A stretch of DNA of 63,073 bases from Clostridia bacterium (GTDB lineage: Bacteria > Bacillota > Clostridia > HGM11514): contig JAXGBA010000075.1 in the NCBI GenBank assembly GCA_034186235.1, positions 1-63,073 of the forward strand, written 5' to 3'. Below, piece by piece: positions 26,454 through 34,183 of the stretch (position 1 is the stretch's first letter; each line of letters opens with the position of its first letter). The notes under the pieces were generated by a model. That model saw nothing but the letters and a program-made list of their open reading frames with translations. It was not told the DNA's origin and searched no databases. Both the position numbers and the translations under genes were made by a program.

Positions 26454-26622
26454 GCCAAACGAAAGCTTAATATTTTCCGAATCGGTATAAGTTAAGAATG
26501 ATAAAAACGCTTATACTCACTTTGCATTATACTGATTTGGATGCACTGGCTTTTGTTTGGCGACAATTTGGAGTATTGCGTTTTTTGTGCGTTAATCTTC
26601 GGGTTGGCGCACTTTTTATTTT
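26454..26622 (+). ncRNA. Candidate structured small RNA or attenuating leader of about 170 nt (family not recognised)
   Basis: Bounded by the promoter above and a terminator at 26587-26622. Two long-range 13-bp helices (26454-66 with 26549-61; 26477-89 with 26528-40). An alternative 7-bp pairing is available (26485-91 with 26510-16). No ORF with an RBS. Confidence 0.4.
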
Positions 26623-26646
26623 ATGCGGAAGAAAGAAGAAAATTTA

Positions 26647-26838
26647 ATGTATCGTAGTATTTACAGTTTGAATATGGATACGGAATTAAGGAACGATATG
26701 GAAGAAGTCTGCAAGGAGATGGGAATGTCTTTGAACATCGCACTCATCTTATTTATGAAAAAAGTTGTTCGAGACAGAAAGATGCCATTTGAAATTACGG
26801 TCGATCCTTTGGCGGCTGAAAAAAACCGTGGAATTTAA
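26647..26838 (+). CDS. RelB/DinJ-family antitoxin-like protein with no adjacent toxin gene
   Basis: Track ORF starts at 26623, directly on the terminator T-tract; ATG 26647 or 26674 is more likely. (I)YSLNMDTELRNDMEEVCKEMGMSLNIALILFMKKVVRDRKMPFEI follows the DinJ pattern (beta-strand, then L.ELGLS...AI..FL.QVV....LPFE). Confidence 0.65.
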   Translation: MYRSIYSLNMDTELRNDMEEVCKEMGMSLNIALILFMKKVVRDRKMPFEITVDPLAAEKNRGI

Positions 26839-26880
26839 AAGCAGACGATGACGAATAATTTTGTGCATAAAAAAGAAAAA

Positions 26881-26917
26881 TCGAGAGTTCCCAATCCGGG
26901 AACTCTCGAAGTTTTTT
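26881..26917. terminator. Bidirectional intrinsic terminator
   Basis: tcgagagttccc-aatcc-gggaactctcga followed by agtttttt and preceded by aaaaa. Confidence 0.8.
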
Positions 26918-26920
26918 AAT

Positions 26921-27529
26921 TTATTTGTTTTCCATAAGCCGTATAACATCGCAGATTGCTTCGGCAGTTCTTTCAATTCCGAGCTTCGATGAATTAATCG
27001 TCATGTCGTAAAGCGACGGGTCGCCCCATTTTCCGTCTGCATAGAAGTTATAATAGCTTGCTCTTTTTTTATCTGCCTTTTTTATAAGAGTTTTTGCTTC
27101 AGCTTCGTTTACATTTTTGATTTCCATAATCCTTTTTATTCTTGTTTCATCATCGGCGTGTATGAAAATCTTAACCACGTTTGGCAAATCACGCAGAATA
27201 TAATCGGCGCAGCGTCCTACAAAAAGCCCCGGCTTTTCCTTTGCGGTTTTGAGAATAGCATTGCTCTGGAAGGCAAAAAGCTTATCGTTTGTCAGAAAAT
27301 CTCCCGCATTTGCATAAATCTGCCCCGACATTGCGATTGAATACAAAAAGCTGTTTGCCGGCTTTTCATCTGCCGCTTCAAAATGGGCAACATCAATTCC
27401 GCTTTCCTTTGCGGCAACTGCAAGAATTTCCTTATCGTAAAAATCAATTCCCAGCCAGTCCGCAACGAGCTTTCCTATGTCATGGCCGCCGCTTCCGTAT
27501 CGTCTTGCGATTGTAACATTCATCTTCAT
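26921..27529 (-). CDS. Cytidylate-kinase-like family protein (P-loop NTPase)
   Basis: 202 aa. IARRYGSGGHDIGKLVADWLGIDFYDKEIL is typical of the Cytidylate_kin2 family. Confidence 0.7.
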   Translation of the reverse strand: MKMNVTIARRYGSGGHDIGKLVADWLGIDFYDKEILAVAAKESGIDVAHFEAADEKPANSFLYSIAMSGQIYANAGDFLTNDKLFAFQSNAILKTAKEKPGLFVGRCADYILRDLPNVVKIFIHADDETRIKRIMEIKNVNEAEAKTLIKKADKKRASYYNFYADGKWGDPSLYDMTINSSKLGIERTAEAICDVIRLMENK

Positions 27530-27542
27530 AGATAATTCCTCC

Positions 27543-29888
27543 TCAATTTATGTGTATTTTTTTAATATCAACACCGTAGTTACGGTGGTCAAGTCTCACA
27601 TCAAACAGCTTTTTCATGCCGCGCACAAAATAATCAACCGCTTTGACATTCGATTCCGTTGTCAGAAAATTCATACCGTTATAACAGTATTTATATGTTG
27701 ACGACTTTATTTCCAGAGTTTCAATCGGTTCGGACATTTCAAATATATAGCTGTTATCCTCAAATTTTATAAATTTAAGCGGTTTGCCGTTTCCGAAAAC
27801 TTCAACATCAAGTTCGCCGTGTTCGCCGTATGTTTCTATCGAAAGATAGGTGCCGTTTAGGTAAATCCCCGGGATTTTTGCGCCGCCCGGTGTGACATAG
27901 TACCTGTAAAAGCCTTCCGCCCCCTTGATTTGAAGAGGGTCAAACTCTGTAAATCCTGCGGAGATTTTTTTGTTCGATTCTGAAAGTTCAAGCTTACCGT
28001 CCGATACAACCGCTTTGAGCGAAAGCTCTCCGCCGCGGTATCTGAACTCCCTTACGGTTTCGATGATAACATCGTATTCGCCGTCATCGTACGGGAAATC
28101 AAATATAACCCCTGCCGAATCGTACACATTATCCGTAAAGTCACGACGGACATCAGCCAAGAGTTTACCGTCTTTATAAACTCTCATTCCGCCGCGGACC
28201 GCCCCCGTGACCGCATCTGCTGCGTCAAGGCAGAGCCAGGGTGCGCCGAGGTTTTTATATGTTACAGCAATATATCCGTTATCATGTGCCGTAAGCTCGA
28301 CCGACGCATTCGGTTCGCCGGTTTCATCAACTGCCGTTCCGTTTTTTTCGTAAAGATAAACAGATGAGTTTTTCTCCTTGCCTACAAGCGTCATGCCGGG
28401 AAGCCGCTTTTGGCTCAGAGTGTATTTTGAGCCGTCCTTTATAGAAAGCCGGGGATTATAAACCGTATAATTGTAGTATTCCCACGGATAAACCATGGAA
28501 TCCCCTTCAATTATATCGGCAGAAACTGTCTTTTCTCCGTCAAGAATTTTCGCAAGCTGAGGATACTGCTGTCTTGGCTCAGCGCCTTTATAAAAATAAT
28601 CGTATTCTGTATAAAGCGTTCCGGCGGCGAACAGTATGCATAATGCAACGACCGTGATTTTCGGCTTTTTTATAATGAAAATAACTGCCGATATTGCCGC
28701 AAAAAGAACAAATACCGAAATATACGAAAAGTTATAAAAAAATGCTTTATAGAGATATATCCCCCATGTGTGGCAGAGATTTGAACCAAAGTCTTTAAGC
28801 GGCTCGGAGCAGAAAACAGCCGTTATTATTCCGGAAAAAACCGCATATGCGGCAAAGTAAAGCTTTGCGCCGCCTTTAAGAAAACCCGATATTCCGAAGA
28901 GCATAACGCCGACAATTGCATATTCGTTATATCTTCCGTAAATCACATGATCGGGGCGCTCGTGATGATACATAAACACTGCCGAAACCATTGCTGAAAA
29001 CAAAAGTGCTGCAAGCGAAAACAGTGCTGCGGGGCGGGTCTTTTCGCTGCGCACAGCCTTTATTGTATAATAAATTCCGATTATTATAAACCCGAAGGTT
29101 GACATTATAAGGTAAGAAAACTGCGCCGCAAGCGTTGTGAAAAAACTGAAAATTCCGCGGAGCGTAAACAGATTTTCTATTTGGTGCAGCATATGCGCCG
29201 CATTGACTGTTTCGGAATGGGACAGGAGATAGAAAAACAATCCTGCTGCTCCCGCAGCCCCGGCGGAAAAACAAGCGGTCAAAAGTGTTTTTGCCGTCTT
29301 TGAGCCTTTGTTGAAAACCGAGGGTGCAATTGCGGCAAAAACTGCCGGAATAAGTATAATTGCCCTCGAATGTACCGTGCAGGCATAGGCGGTAAAAAGC
29401 AAAACCGCCGTTCGTGCGGATTTTGAAGATATGTTTTCCGAAAGTGCGGTTATCGAATACAAAATCACCGCAAAGAGAAGCGTCAAAAGCACTTCGGAAA
29501 GCGCAAGGTTTGCATAAAGCACAAACGACGGATAAAGCGAAACCGCCGCTGCACAAAGAATCGGATTTTGAAGTTCCAGCTTTTTTGCAAGCTTAACGCA
29601 TACCGCCGAGAACACACCGTAAAGTGCGGAATTTATAAGCGTTACGAGCATGAATGCCGTTCTGACGCCGCCGGTAAGCAAAAATGCCGGTGTTATCAAA
29701 ATGCTGTAACCCGGGAGATACCGAAGCCCGTTTCCGCTGCCGTAAATGAACTTATATACCCAGCCGATATACCCCGCTTCATCAGGATAAATAAGCGGAG
29801 AAACGGAGCACTGTGTTAGTACTGCGGCAAATATAAAAAACACGGCAAAAAATTTAAGCTCGGTAGAATTCTTCTTCACAAAGTTCAT
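27543..29888 (-). CDS. Polytopic membrane protein with a large extracytoplasmic C-terminal domain; possibly a GT-C-fold glycosyltransferase
   Basis: 781 aa. About 12 predicted TM helices in the first 430 aa or so. An early loop YPDEAGYIGWVY resembles the acidic first-loop motif of ArnT/PMT-like enzymes. The C-terminal half is soluble and beta-rich. The functional call is weak. Confidence 0.5.
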   Translation of the reverse strand: MNFVKKNSTELKFFAVFFIFAAVLTQCSVSPLIYPDEAGYIGWVYKFIYGSGNGLRYLPGYSILITPAFLLTGGVRTAFMLVTLINSALYGVFSAVCVKLAKKLELQNPILCAAAVSLYPSFVLYANLALSEVLLTLLFAVILYSITALSENISSKSARTAVLLFTAYACTVHSRAIILIPAVFAAIAPSVFNKGSKTAKTLLTACFSAGAAGAAGLFFYLLSHSETVNAAHMLHQIENLFTLRGIFSFFTTLAAQFSYLIMSTFGFIIIGIYYTIKAVRSEKTRPAALFSLAALLFSAMVSAVFMYHHERPDHVIYGRYNEYAIVGVMLFGISGFLKGGAKLYFAAYAVFSGIITAVFCSEPLKDFGSNLCHTWGIYLYKAFFYNFSYISVFVLFAAISAVIFIIKKPKITVVALCILFAAGTLYTEYDYFYKGAEPRQQYPQLAKILDGEKTVSADIIEGDSMVYPWEYYNYTVYNPRLSIKDGSKYTLSQKRLPGMTLVGKEKNSSVYLYEKNGTAVDETGEPNASVELTAHDNGYIAVTYKNLGAPWLCLDAADAVTGAVRGGMRVYKDGKLLADVRRDFTDNVYDSAGVIFDFPYDDGEYDVIIETVREFRYRGGELSLKAVVSDGKLELSESNKKISAGFTEFDPLQIKGAEGFYRYYVTPGGAKIPGIYLNGTYLSIETYGEHGELDVEVFGNGKPLKFIKFEDNSYIFEMSEPIETLEIKSSTYKYCYNGMNFLTTESNVKAVDYFVRGMKKLFDVRLDHRNYGVDIKKIHIN

Positions 29889-29906
29889 GTATTCACTCCA
29901 AAAAAC

Positions 29907-29935
29907 AAGGTTTCGCCGATATTCGGCGGAACCTT
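29907..29935 (-). terminator. Intrinsic terminator immediately after divIC
   Basis: Minus strand: aaggttccgccga-ata-tcggcgaaacctt followed by gtttttt. Confidence 0.75.
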
Positions 29936-30268
29936 TTATTTCTTAGCTTTTGACGAATCAACAAACACCTGTTCGTTTGATTTCGTATATCCGAGATTCT
30001 GCCGTGCTGCGCTTTCGATATACTCGTCCGTTCCGACGGAGGACAGGGTTGAGTTAAGCTCTTTATTTTCCTTTTCCGCCGCCGTTATTTTGTTTGAAAT
30101 TTCAGCAATCTGGCGTTTTTGGTCGGAAAGATTTATCTGCTGCGAAACAAACACATAACATGCCCAGACAACAACCACCGCCCACAGCAGTGACGAATAT
30201 CTGAACTTGCCGTTTTTGTCTCTGAATATATTTTTAAGTTTTAAGCATCTTTTTCTTCGTTTAGGCAT
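29936..30268 (-). CDS. divIC: Septum formation initiator family protein (DivIC/FtsB)
   Basis: Track ORF extends to 30364 and overlaps yabQ. The ATG at 30268 follows GAGG by 7 nt. One TM helix, then a coiled coil (QKRQIAEISNKITAAEKENKELN), then YIESAARQNLGY. Conserved position after yabP-yabQ. Confidence 0.7.
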   Translation of the reverse strand: MPKRRKRCLKLKNIFRDKNGKFRYSSLLWAVVVVWACYVFVSQQINLSDQKRQIAEISNKITAAEKENKELNSTLSSVGTDEYIESAARQNLGYTKSNEQVFVDSSKAKK

Positions 30269-30326
30269 AAGCATACCTCGTCTCATACATCTTATGCATC
30301 TATTATACAATTTTTTTGACGATTTT

Positions 30327-30812
30327 TCAAGTGCTTTTTCTGATTTTTTTAATAAGCAGCGCATTTTTTCTCAACTTGCGGTGGTAAAACATGACTATAA
30401 GACCGAATTTTCCGCATCTCTTTTCGGTTTGGAGGACAAGTTTTCTGATTAATTTCAGCAAAAACAAAATCGGTGCGGCGATAATTTTTAAAATCATAAA
30501 CAGTAGCTTTGCCGCAGCAAGAAACAGTTTTTCGAACAGTCTTGAAAGCACTGCGAAATAAATGGCAGCGCCGAGAAACATTCCGATAAGCTGAAATCCG
30601 CGGATTTCACCGTCTGCAAATCTGAGCATTGTTCCAAAACCTATGCATGCGGACAAAAGCCAGAACAGTATATCCGTGAAAACCACTGCCGCTCCGCCTA
30701 GGTGCAGATATTTTCTCAAAAGCTTAAGAAGGTCATATATTGTTCCGCAGGCGAATCCGGAGAGAACCGCCGCCAGAAAAATCAGTCCCTGACGGCTTAC
30801 ATAAACCGCCAT
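30327..30812 (-). CDS. yabQ: Spore cortex biosynthesis protein YabQ
   Basis: 161-aa membrane protein (GTIYDLLKLLRK, FTDILFWLL). Its start overlaps the yabP stop. Canonical yabP-yabQ-divIC order. Confidence 0.75.
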   Translation of the reverse strand: MAVYVSRQGLIFLAAVLSGFACGTIYDLLKLLRKYLHLGGAAVVFTDILFWLLSACIGFGTMLRFADGEIRGFQLIGMFLGAAIYFAVLSRLFEKLFLAAAKLLFMILKIIAAPILFLLKLIRKLVLQTEKRCGKFGLIVMFYHRKLRKNALLIKKIRKST

Positions 30813-31084
30813 TATTTAAGCAGCCTGACGAAAAAGCTTTCGTCCGGTTTTGATTTTGAATACACAAGGCTGTCGGCTGTGCCGTCAATAACTGCGTCGC
30901 CGGTTTCAACGCTCAGGCAGTTTATATGCAGCCTCTCACCCTTTATTGTGAGATTTCCGAGAGTGGTTTTAAGAACAATCTGCTTTTCATCAAAGCTTTC
31001 AACCTCCATAACCCCAGAAACACTCAGTTTTTTGCGGTTTTCAAGTATTATATTCTGCGCTTCGTTCCTTTTTTCGTCAGACAT
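30812..31084 (-). CDS. yabP: Sporulation protein YabP
   Basis: The ATG at 31084 follows GGGGGTG by 8 nt. NIILENRKKLSVSGVMEVESFDEKQIVLKTTLGNLTIKGERLHI matches the YabP family pattern. Confidence 0.85.
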   Translation of the reverse strand: MSDEKRNEAQNIILENRKKLSVSGVMEVESFDEKQIVLKTTLGNLTIKGERLHINCLSVETGDAVIDGTADSLVYSKSKPDESFFVRLLK

Positions 31085-31121
31085 AAAAAGCACCCCCGAT
31101 AGATTATACGGAAGTGCGTAA

Positions 31122-31601
31122 TTATTTATGATAATTTTCGCCTTTTTTGATTTTGAAGCCTCTGTAAATCTGCTCAAGCAGCATAATTCTTGCAAGCTGG
31201 TGCGGAAAGGTCATTTTTGAAAACGAAATGCGGCTGCCGGACAGCCTCTTTATGCTTTCGTGAAGCCCATGAGAGCTTCCGATAACAAAAGCTATGCTTC
31301 CGCCGTTCATTTCGGCATCCGCAAGCATAGAAGAAAGTTCCTCCGATGAAATGCTTTTCCCTTCGATACAAAGCGAAACAACATTCCTTATCGAGCCGAT
31401 TTGCTTTGTTATTTCTTCCGATTCCTTCAAAAGAACAGTTTCTATCTCACTTTCGCTCGGATTTTCCGGGACGGGCAGGTCCTTTATTTCGCAAACCTCG
31501 ATTTTGCAGTATCCCGAAAGCCTTTTTATGTATTCTTTTGCGGCGTCCGCCCAATATTTTTCCTTCAGTTTTCCGAGAACGACAAGCTTAACCTTCAACA
31601 T
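31122..31601 (-). CDS. rlmH: 23S rRNA (pseudouridine1915-N3)-methyltransferase RlmH
   Basis: 159 aa. SPOUT fold with C-terminal GSSHGL...MTFPHQLARIMLLEQIYRGFKI. Confidence 0.9.
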   Translation of the reverse strand: MLKVKLVVLGKLKEKYWADAAKEYIKRLSGYCKIEVCEIKDLPVPENPSESEIETVLLKESEEITKQIGSIRNVVSLCIEGKSISSEELSSMLADAEMNGGSIAFVIGSSHGLHESIKRLSGSRISFSKMTFPHQLARIMLLEQIYRGFKIKKGENYHK

Positions 31602-32377
31602 ACATGAATCTCCCCCGGAAACTCCCTTGACGCAACCGAAAGGCGGCAGTCCGAAACCTTTATTCCGCCCTCTTCAAGCACGGATTTTACCGTAACATAT
31701 GCAAGGTCGGGGTGGTTATTATGCATACTTAAATGACCGAGAATTATATCTTTTGAGCCGTGTTTGATAAGTTCTCTGCATAAAACGCCGGCTTTTTCGT
31801 TTGAAAGATGCCCTTTATCCGACAGTATTCTTTTTTTCAGAGGGTACGGATAAGGCCCTGATTTAAGCATCTCAACATCATGGTTCGCTTCAAGCAAAAT
31901 CACATCGCTGCCCATAACATTTTTTGAAAGCTCATCCGTTACATACCCGATATCCGTGCAGACCGAAAGCTTTTTGATACCGTCCGAAAATGTATAGCCT
32001 ACGGGATCTGCTGCGTCATGAGGAATGGAAAACGGGGTTATTTCAATGTCGCCTATATTGAATTTTCCGTCAAAAATCTTGACTGAAGCTTCGTTGTAAC
32101 GCCCGATTGAGCTTTCAAATGCGCGAAATGTGCCTTCGTTTGCATAAATATCCGCTCCGCTTTTTCTGTGAATAATTCCGACCGACTGAACATGATCGGA
32201 ATGTTCATGCGTTACCAGAACTGCATTTATGGATTTAAGGTCTATACCGTGCGAAGACAGCGCCTGTTCAATTTTTTTGCCGCTTACGCCGCAGTCAACC
32301 AACAGTCTTGTCTGTCCGTTTTCAACAAATATACAATTACCGCTGCTGCCGCTGTACAGCGAGCAAAGCCTCAGCAA
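31595..32377 (-). CDS. MBL-fold metallo-hydrolase (YycJ/WalJ-like)
   Basis: 260 aa. SGSSGNCIFVE, HEHSDHV motif. Sits directly upstream of rlmH, a placement I recall for Bacillus. Confidence 0.85.
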   Translation of the reverse strand: MLRLCSLYSGSSGNCIFVENGQTRLLVDCGVSGKKIEQALSSHGIDLKSINAVLVTHEHSDHVQSVGIIHRKSGADIYANEGTFRAFESSIGRYNEASVKIFDGKFNIGDIEITPFSIPHDAADPVGYTFSDGIKKLSVCTDIGYVTDELSKNVMGSDVILLEANHDVEMLKSGPYPYPLKKRILSDKGHLSNEKAGVLCRELIKHGSKDIILGHLSMHNNHPDLAYVTVKSVLEEGGIKVSDCRLSVASREFPGEIHVC

Positions 32378-33651
32378 AGCAAGTCCTCCACATCGTTAAC
32401 TCTTGTTATATCTGCTCCGAGTACCCGGAGCTTGCTTTCAAAGTTTTCATATCCGCGGTCGATATGAGTAAGATTATAAAGCTCGGTTGTGCCCTTTGCT
32501 ATAAGGCCTGCAATAAGCATCGCAGCACCTGCTCTCAGGTCGGTTGAGCGGACAGGGCATCCCGAAAGCTGCTTTACGCCCTCTATTACGGCGGTTTTGC
32601 CGTTGACCTTTATATTTGCGCCCATATGCTGTAGCTGGTCAACATACTGAAAACGGCTTTCCCATACATCTTCGCGCACAATGCTTGTGCCCTCCGCAAT
32701 TGTCAGCAGCATAACCGCAAGCGGCTGCATATCCGTCGGAAACCCCGGATATGGCAATGTTTTGATATTTACCTTATGTATTGGGGTGCCATCTCTGTAA
32801 ACACGGACGGAATCGTCATATTCCCGTATGCCGACCTTCATTTCTACAAGCTTTGCGGTGATAGCGTCAAGGTGTTTCGGAATAACATTTTTTACAAGCA
32901 CATTTCCGCCGCAGGCTGCTGCCGCAACCATGAATGTGCCGGCCTCAATCTGGTCAGGAATAATCGAGTATGTGCAGCCGTGAAGCGATTTCACGCCCGT
33001 AACCCTTATCGTATCCGTTCCGGCGCCTTTGATTTTTGCGCCCATGGAATTAAGAAAGTTGGCAAGGTCGACAACATGCGGTTCTTTTGCGGCGTTATCT
33101 ATGACCGTCATACCTTCCGCCATAACCGCGCAAAGCATTATGTTTATGGTTGCCCCGACGGACACCACATCAAGATATACCGAATCCCCCCAAAGCCCGT
33201 CTTCGGCACGGCTTGAAACTATGCCGTGTTCAACCGTCGTCTTTGCTCCGAGAATTTCAAAGCCTTTTATGTGCTGGTCGATAGGTCTGCCGCCGAAGTC
33301 GCAGCCCCCCGGGAGCGCAACATCTGCCGAATGAAAACGCGCCAGCAGAACGCCCAAAAGGTAATAGGACGCCCTCATTTTTCTTACGATAGGTTCAACT
33401 GCGCAGCTTTTATCGAGCCTTGAGCAGTCAATATCAATCACGCCGCCTCGGTTATATTTCACATTTGCACCTAAAAGCCGCAGTATTTCAAGCAGAACAT
33501 CAACATCCTTGATATTAGGGACATTTTCTATAACGCATCTGCCCTCAACCAAGGCGGTGGCGGCGATTATCGGCAATGCGGCGTTTTTTGCGCCGCTTAT
33601 ATTTACTTCGCCGAAAAGCTTATTTCCGCCGTTGATAACTAATTTATCCAC
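32371..33651 (-). CDS. murA: UDP-N-acetylglucosamine 1-carboxyvinyltransferase (MurA paralogue 2)
   Basis: 426 aa. GAKNAALPIIAATAL, LPGGCDFGGRPIDQHIKGF (active-site Cys), FPTDMQPL, HIDRGY. Confidence 0.9.
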   Translation of the reverse strand: MDKLVINGGNKLFGEVNISGAKNAALPIIAATALVEGRCVIENVPNIKDVDVLLEILRLLGANVKYNRGGVIDIDCSRLDKSCAVEPIVRKMRASYYLLGVLLARFHSADVALPGGCDFGGRPIDQHIKGFEILGAKTTVEHGIVSSRAEDGLWGDSVYLDVVSVGATINIMLCAVMAEGMTVIDNAAKEPHVVDLANFLNSMGAKIKGAGTDTIRVTGVKSLHGCTYSIIPDQIEAGTFMVAAAACGGNVLVKNVIPKHLDAITAKLVEMKVGIREYDDSVRVYRDGTPIHKVNIKTLPYPGFPTDMQPLAVMLLTIAEGTSIVREDVWESRFQYVDQLQHMGANIKVNGKTAVIEGVKQLSGCPVRSTDLRAGAAMLIAGLIAKGTTELYNLTHIDRGYENFESKLRVLGADITRVNDVEDLLC

Positions 33652-33678
33652 AAAACTTCATCCTATTCTTTACAATTT

Positions 33679-34179
33679 TTAAAACAGTGAGCGAATAATC
33701 CCGACTCCGCCGTACACAACTATCGTTGTTATTGCGCCGGCCGTAATAACCCCTAAGAAAATAGGCCAAAAGCAGTCCTTAATCTTAATATCGAGAAACG
33801 ACGCAACCAACGAGCCTGTCCATGCGCCGGTCCCGGGAAGGGGGATTGCCACAAAAAAGTACAGACCGACTTTTATGCCGTTTTTTATACTGTCCGCATT
33901 TTTCTGTGCTTTGCTTTCGATTTTATCTATAATCTTTTCAAAAAAGCTTATTTTCCTCAAAAGCCTGAATATCTTACGGAGAAAAAACACTGCGAAAGGA
34001 ATTATAACCGCATTGCCCAGAACCGCCGCAAGATATACCTGCCACCAGCTGTATTTTCCGAGGGCAACGCCTACCGGGATTGCTCCCCTGAGTTCCAGAA
34101 TCGGCGACATCGAGAGGATAAACACCCCGAAAAGATTGCCGAAAACGCTCATTATAAAATCAACAAACTGCTGTACCAT
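33679..34179 (-). CDS. Small membrane protein of the COG2426 / 'small multidrug export' family
   Basis: 166 aa, 4-5 TM helices. ILELRGAIPVGVALG motif. Confidence 0.65.
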   Translation of the reverse strand: MVQQFVDFIMSVFGNLFGVFILSMSPILELRGAIPVGVALGKYSWWQVYLAAVLGNAVIIPFAVFFLRKIFRLLRKISFFEKIIDKIESKAQKNADSIKNGIKVGLYFFVAIPLPGTGAWTGSLVASFLDIKIKDCFWPIFLGVITAGAITTIVVYGGVGIIRSLF

Positions 34180-34183
34180 TTAT

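Noticed and set aside
26749-26976. 75-aa minus-strand ORF as a possible toxin partner of the DinJ-like gene
   Set aside because: It overlaps the antitoxin ORF antisense and spans a bidirectional terminator and the 3' end of the cytidylate-kinase-like gene. It has no RBS and no RelE/YafQ-like motifs.
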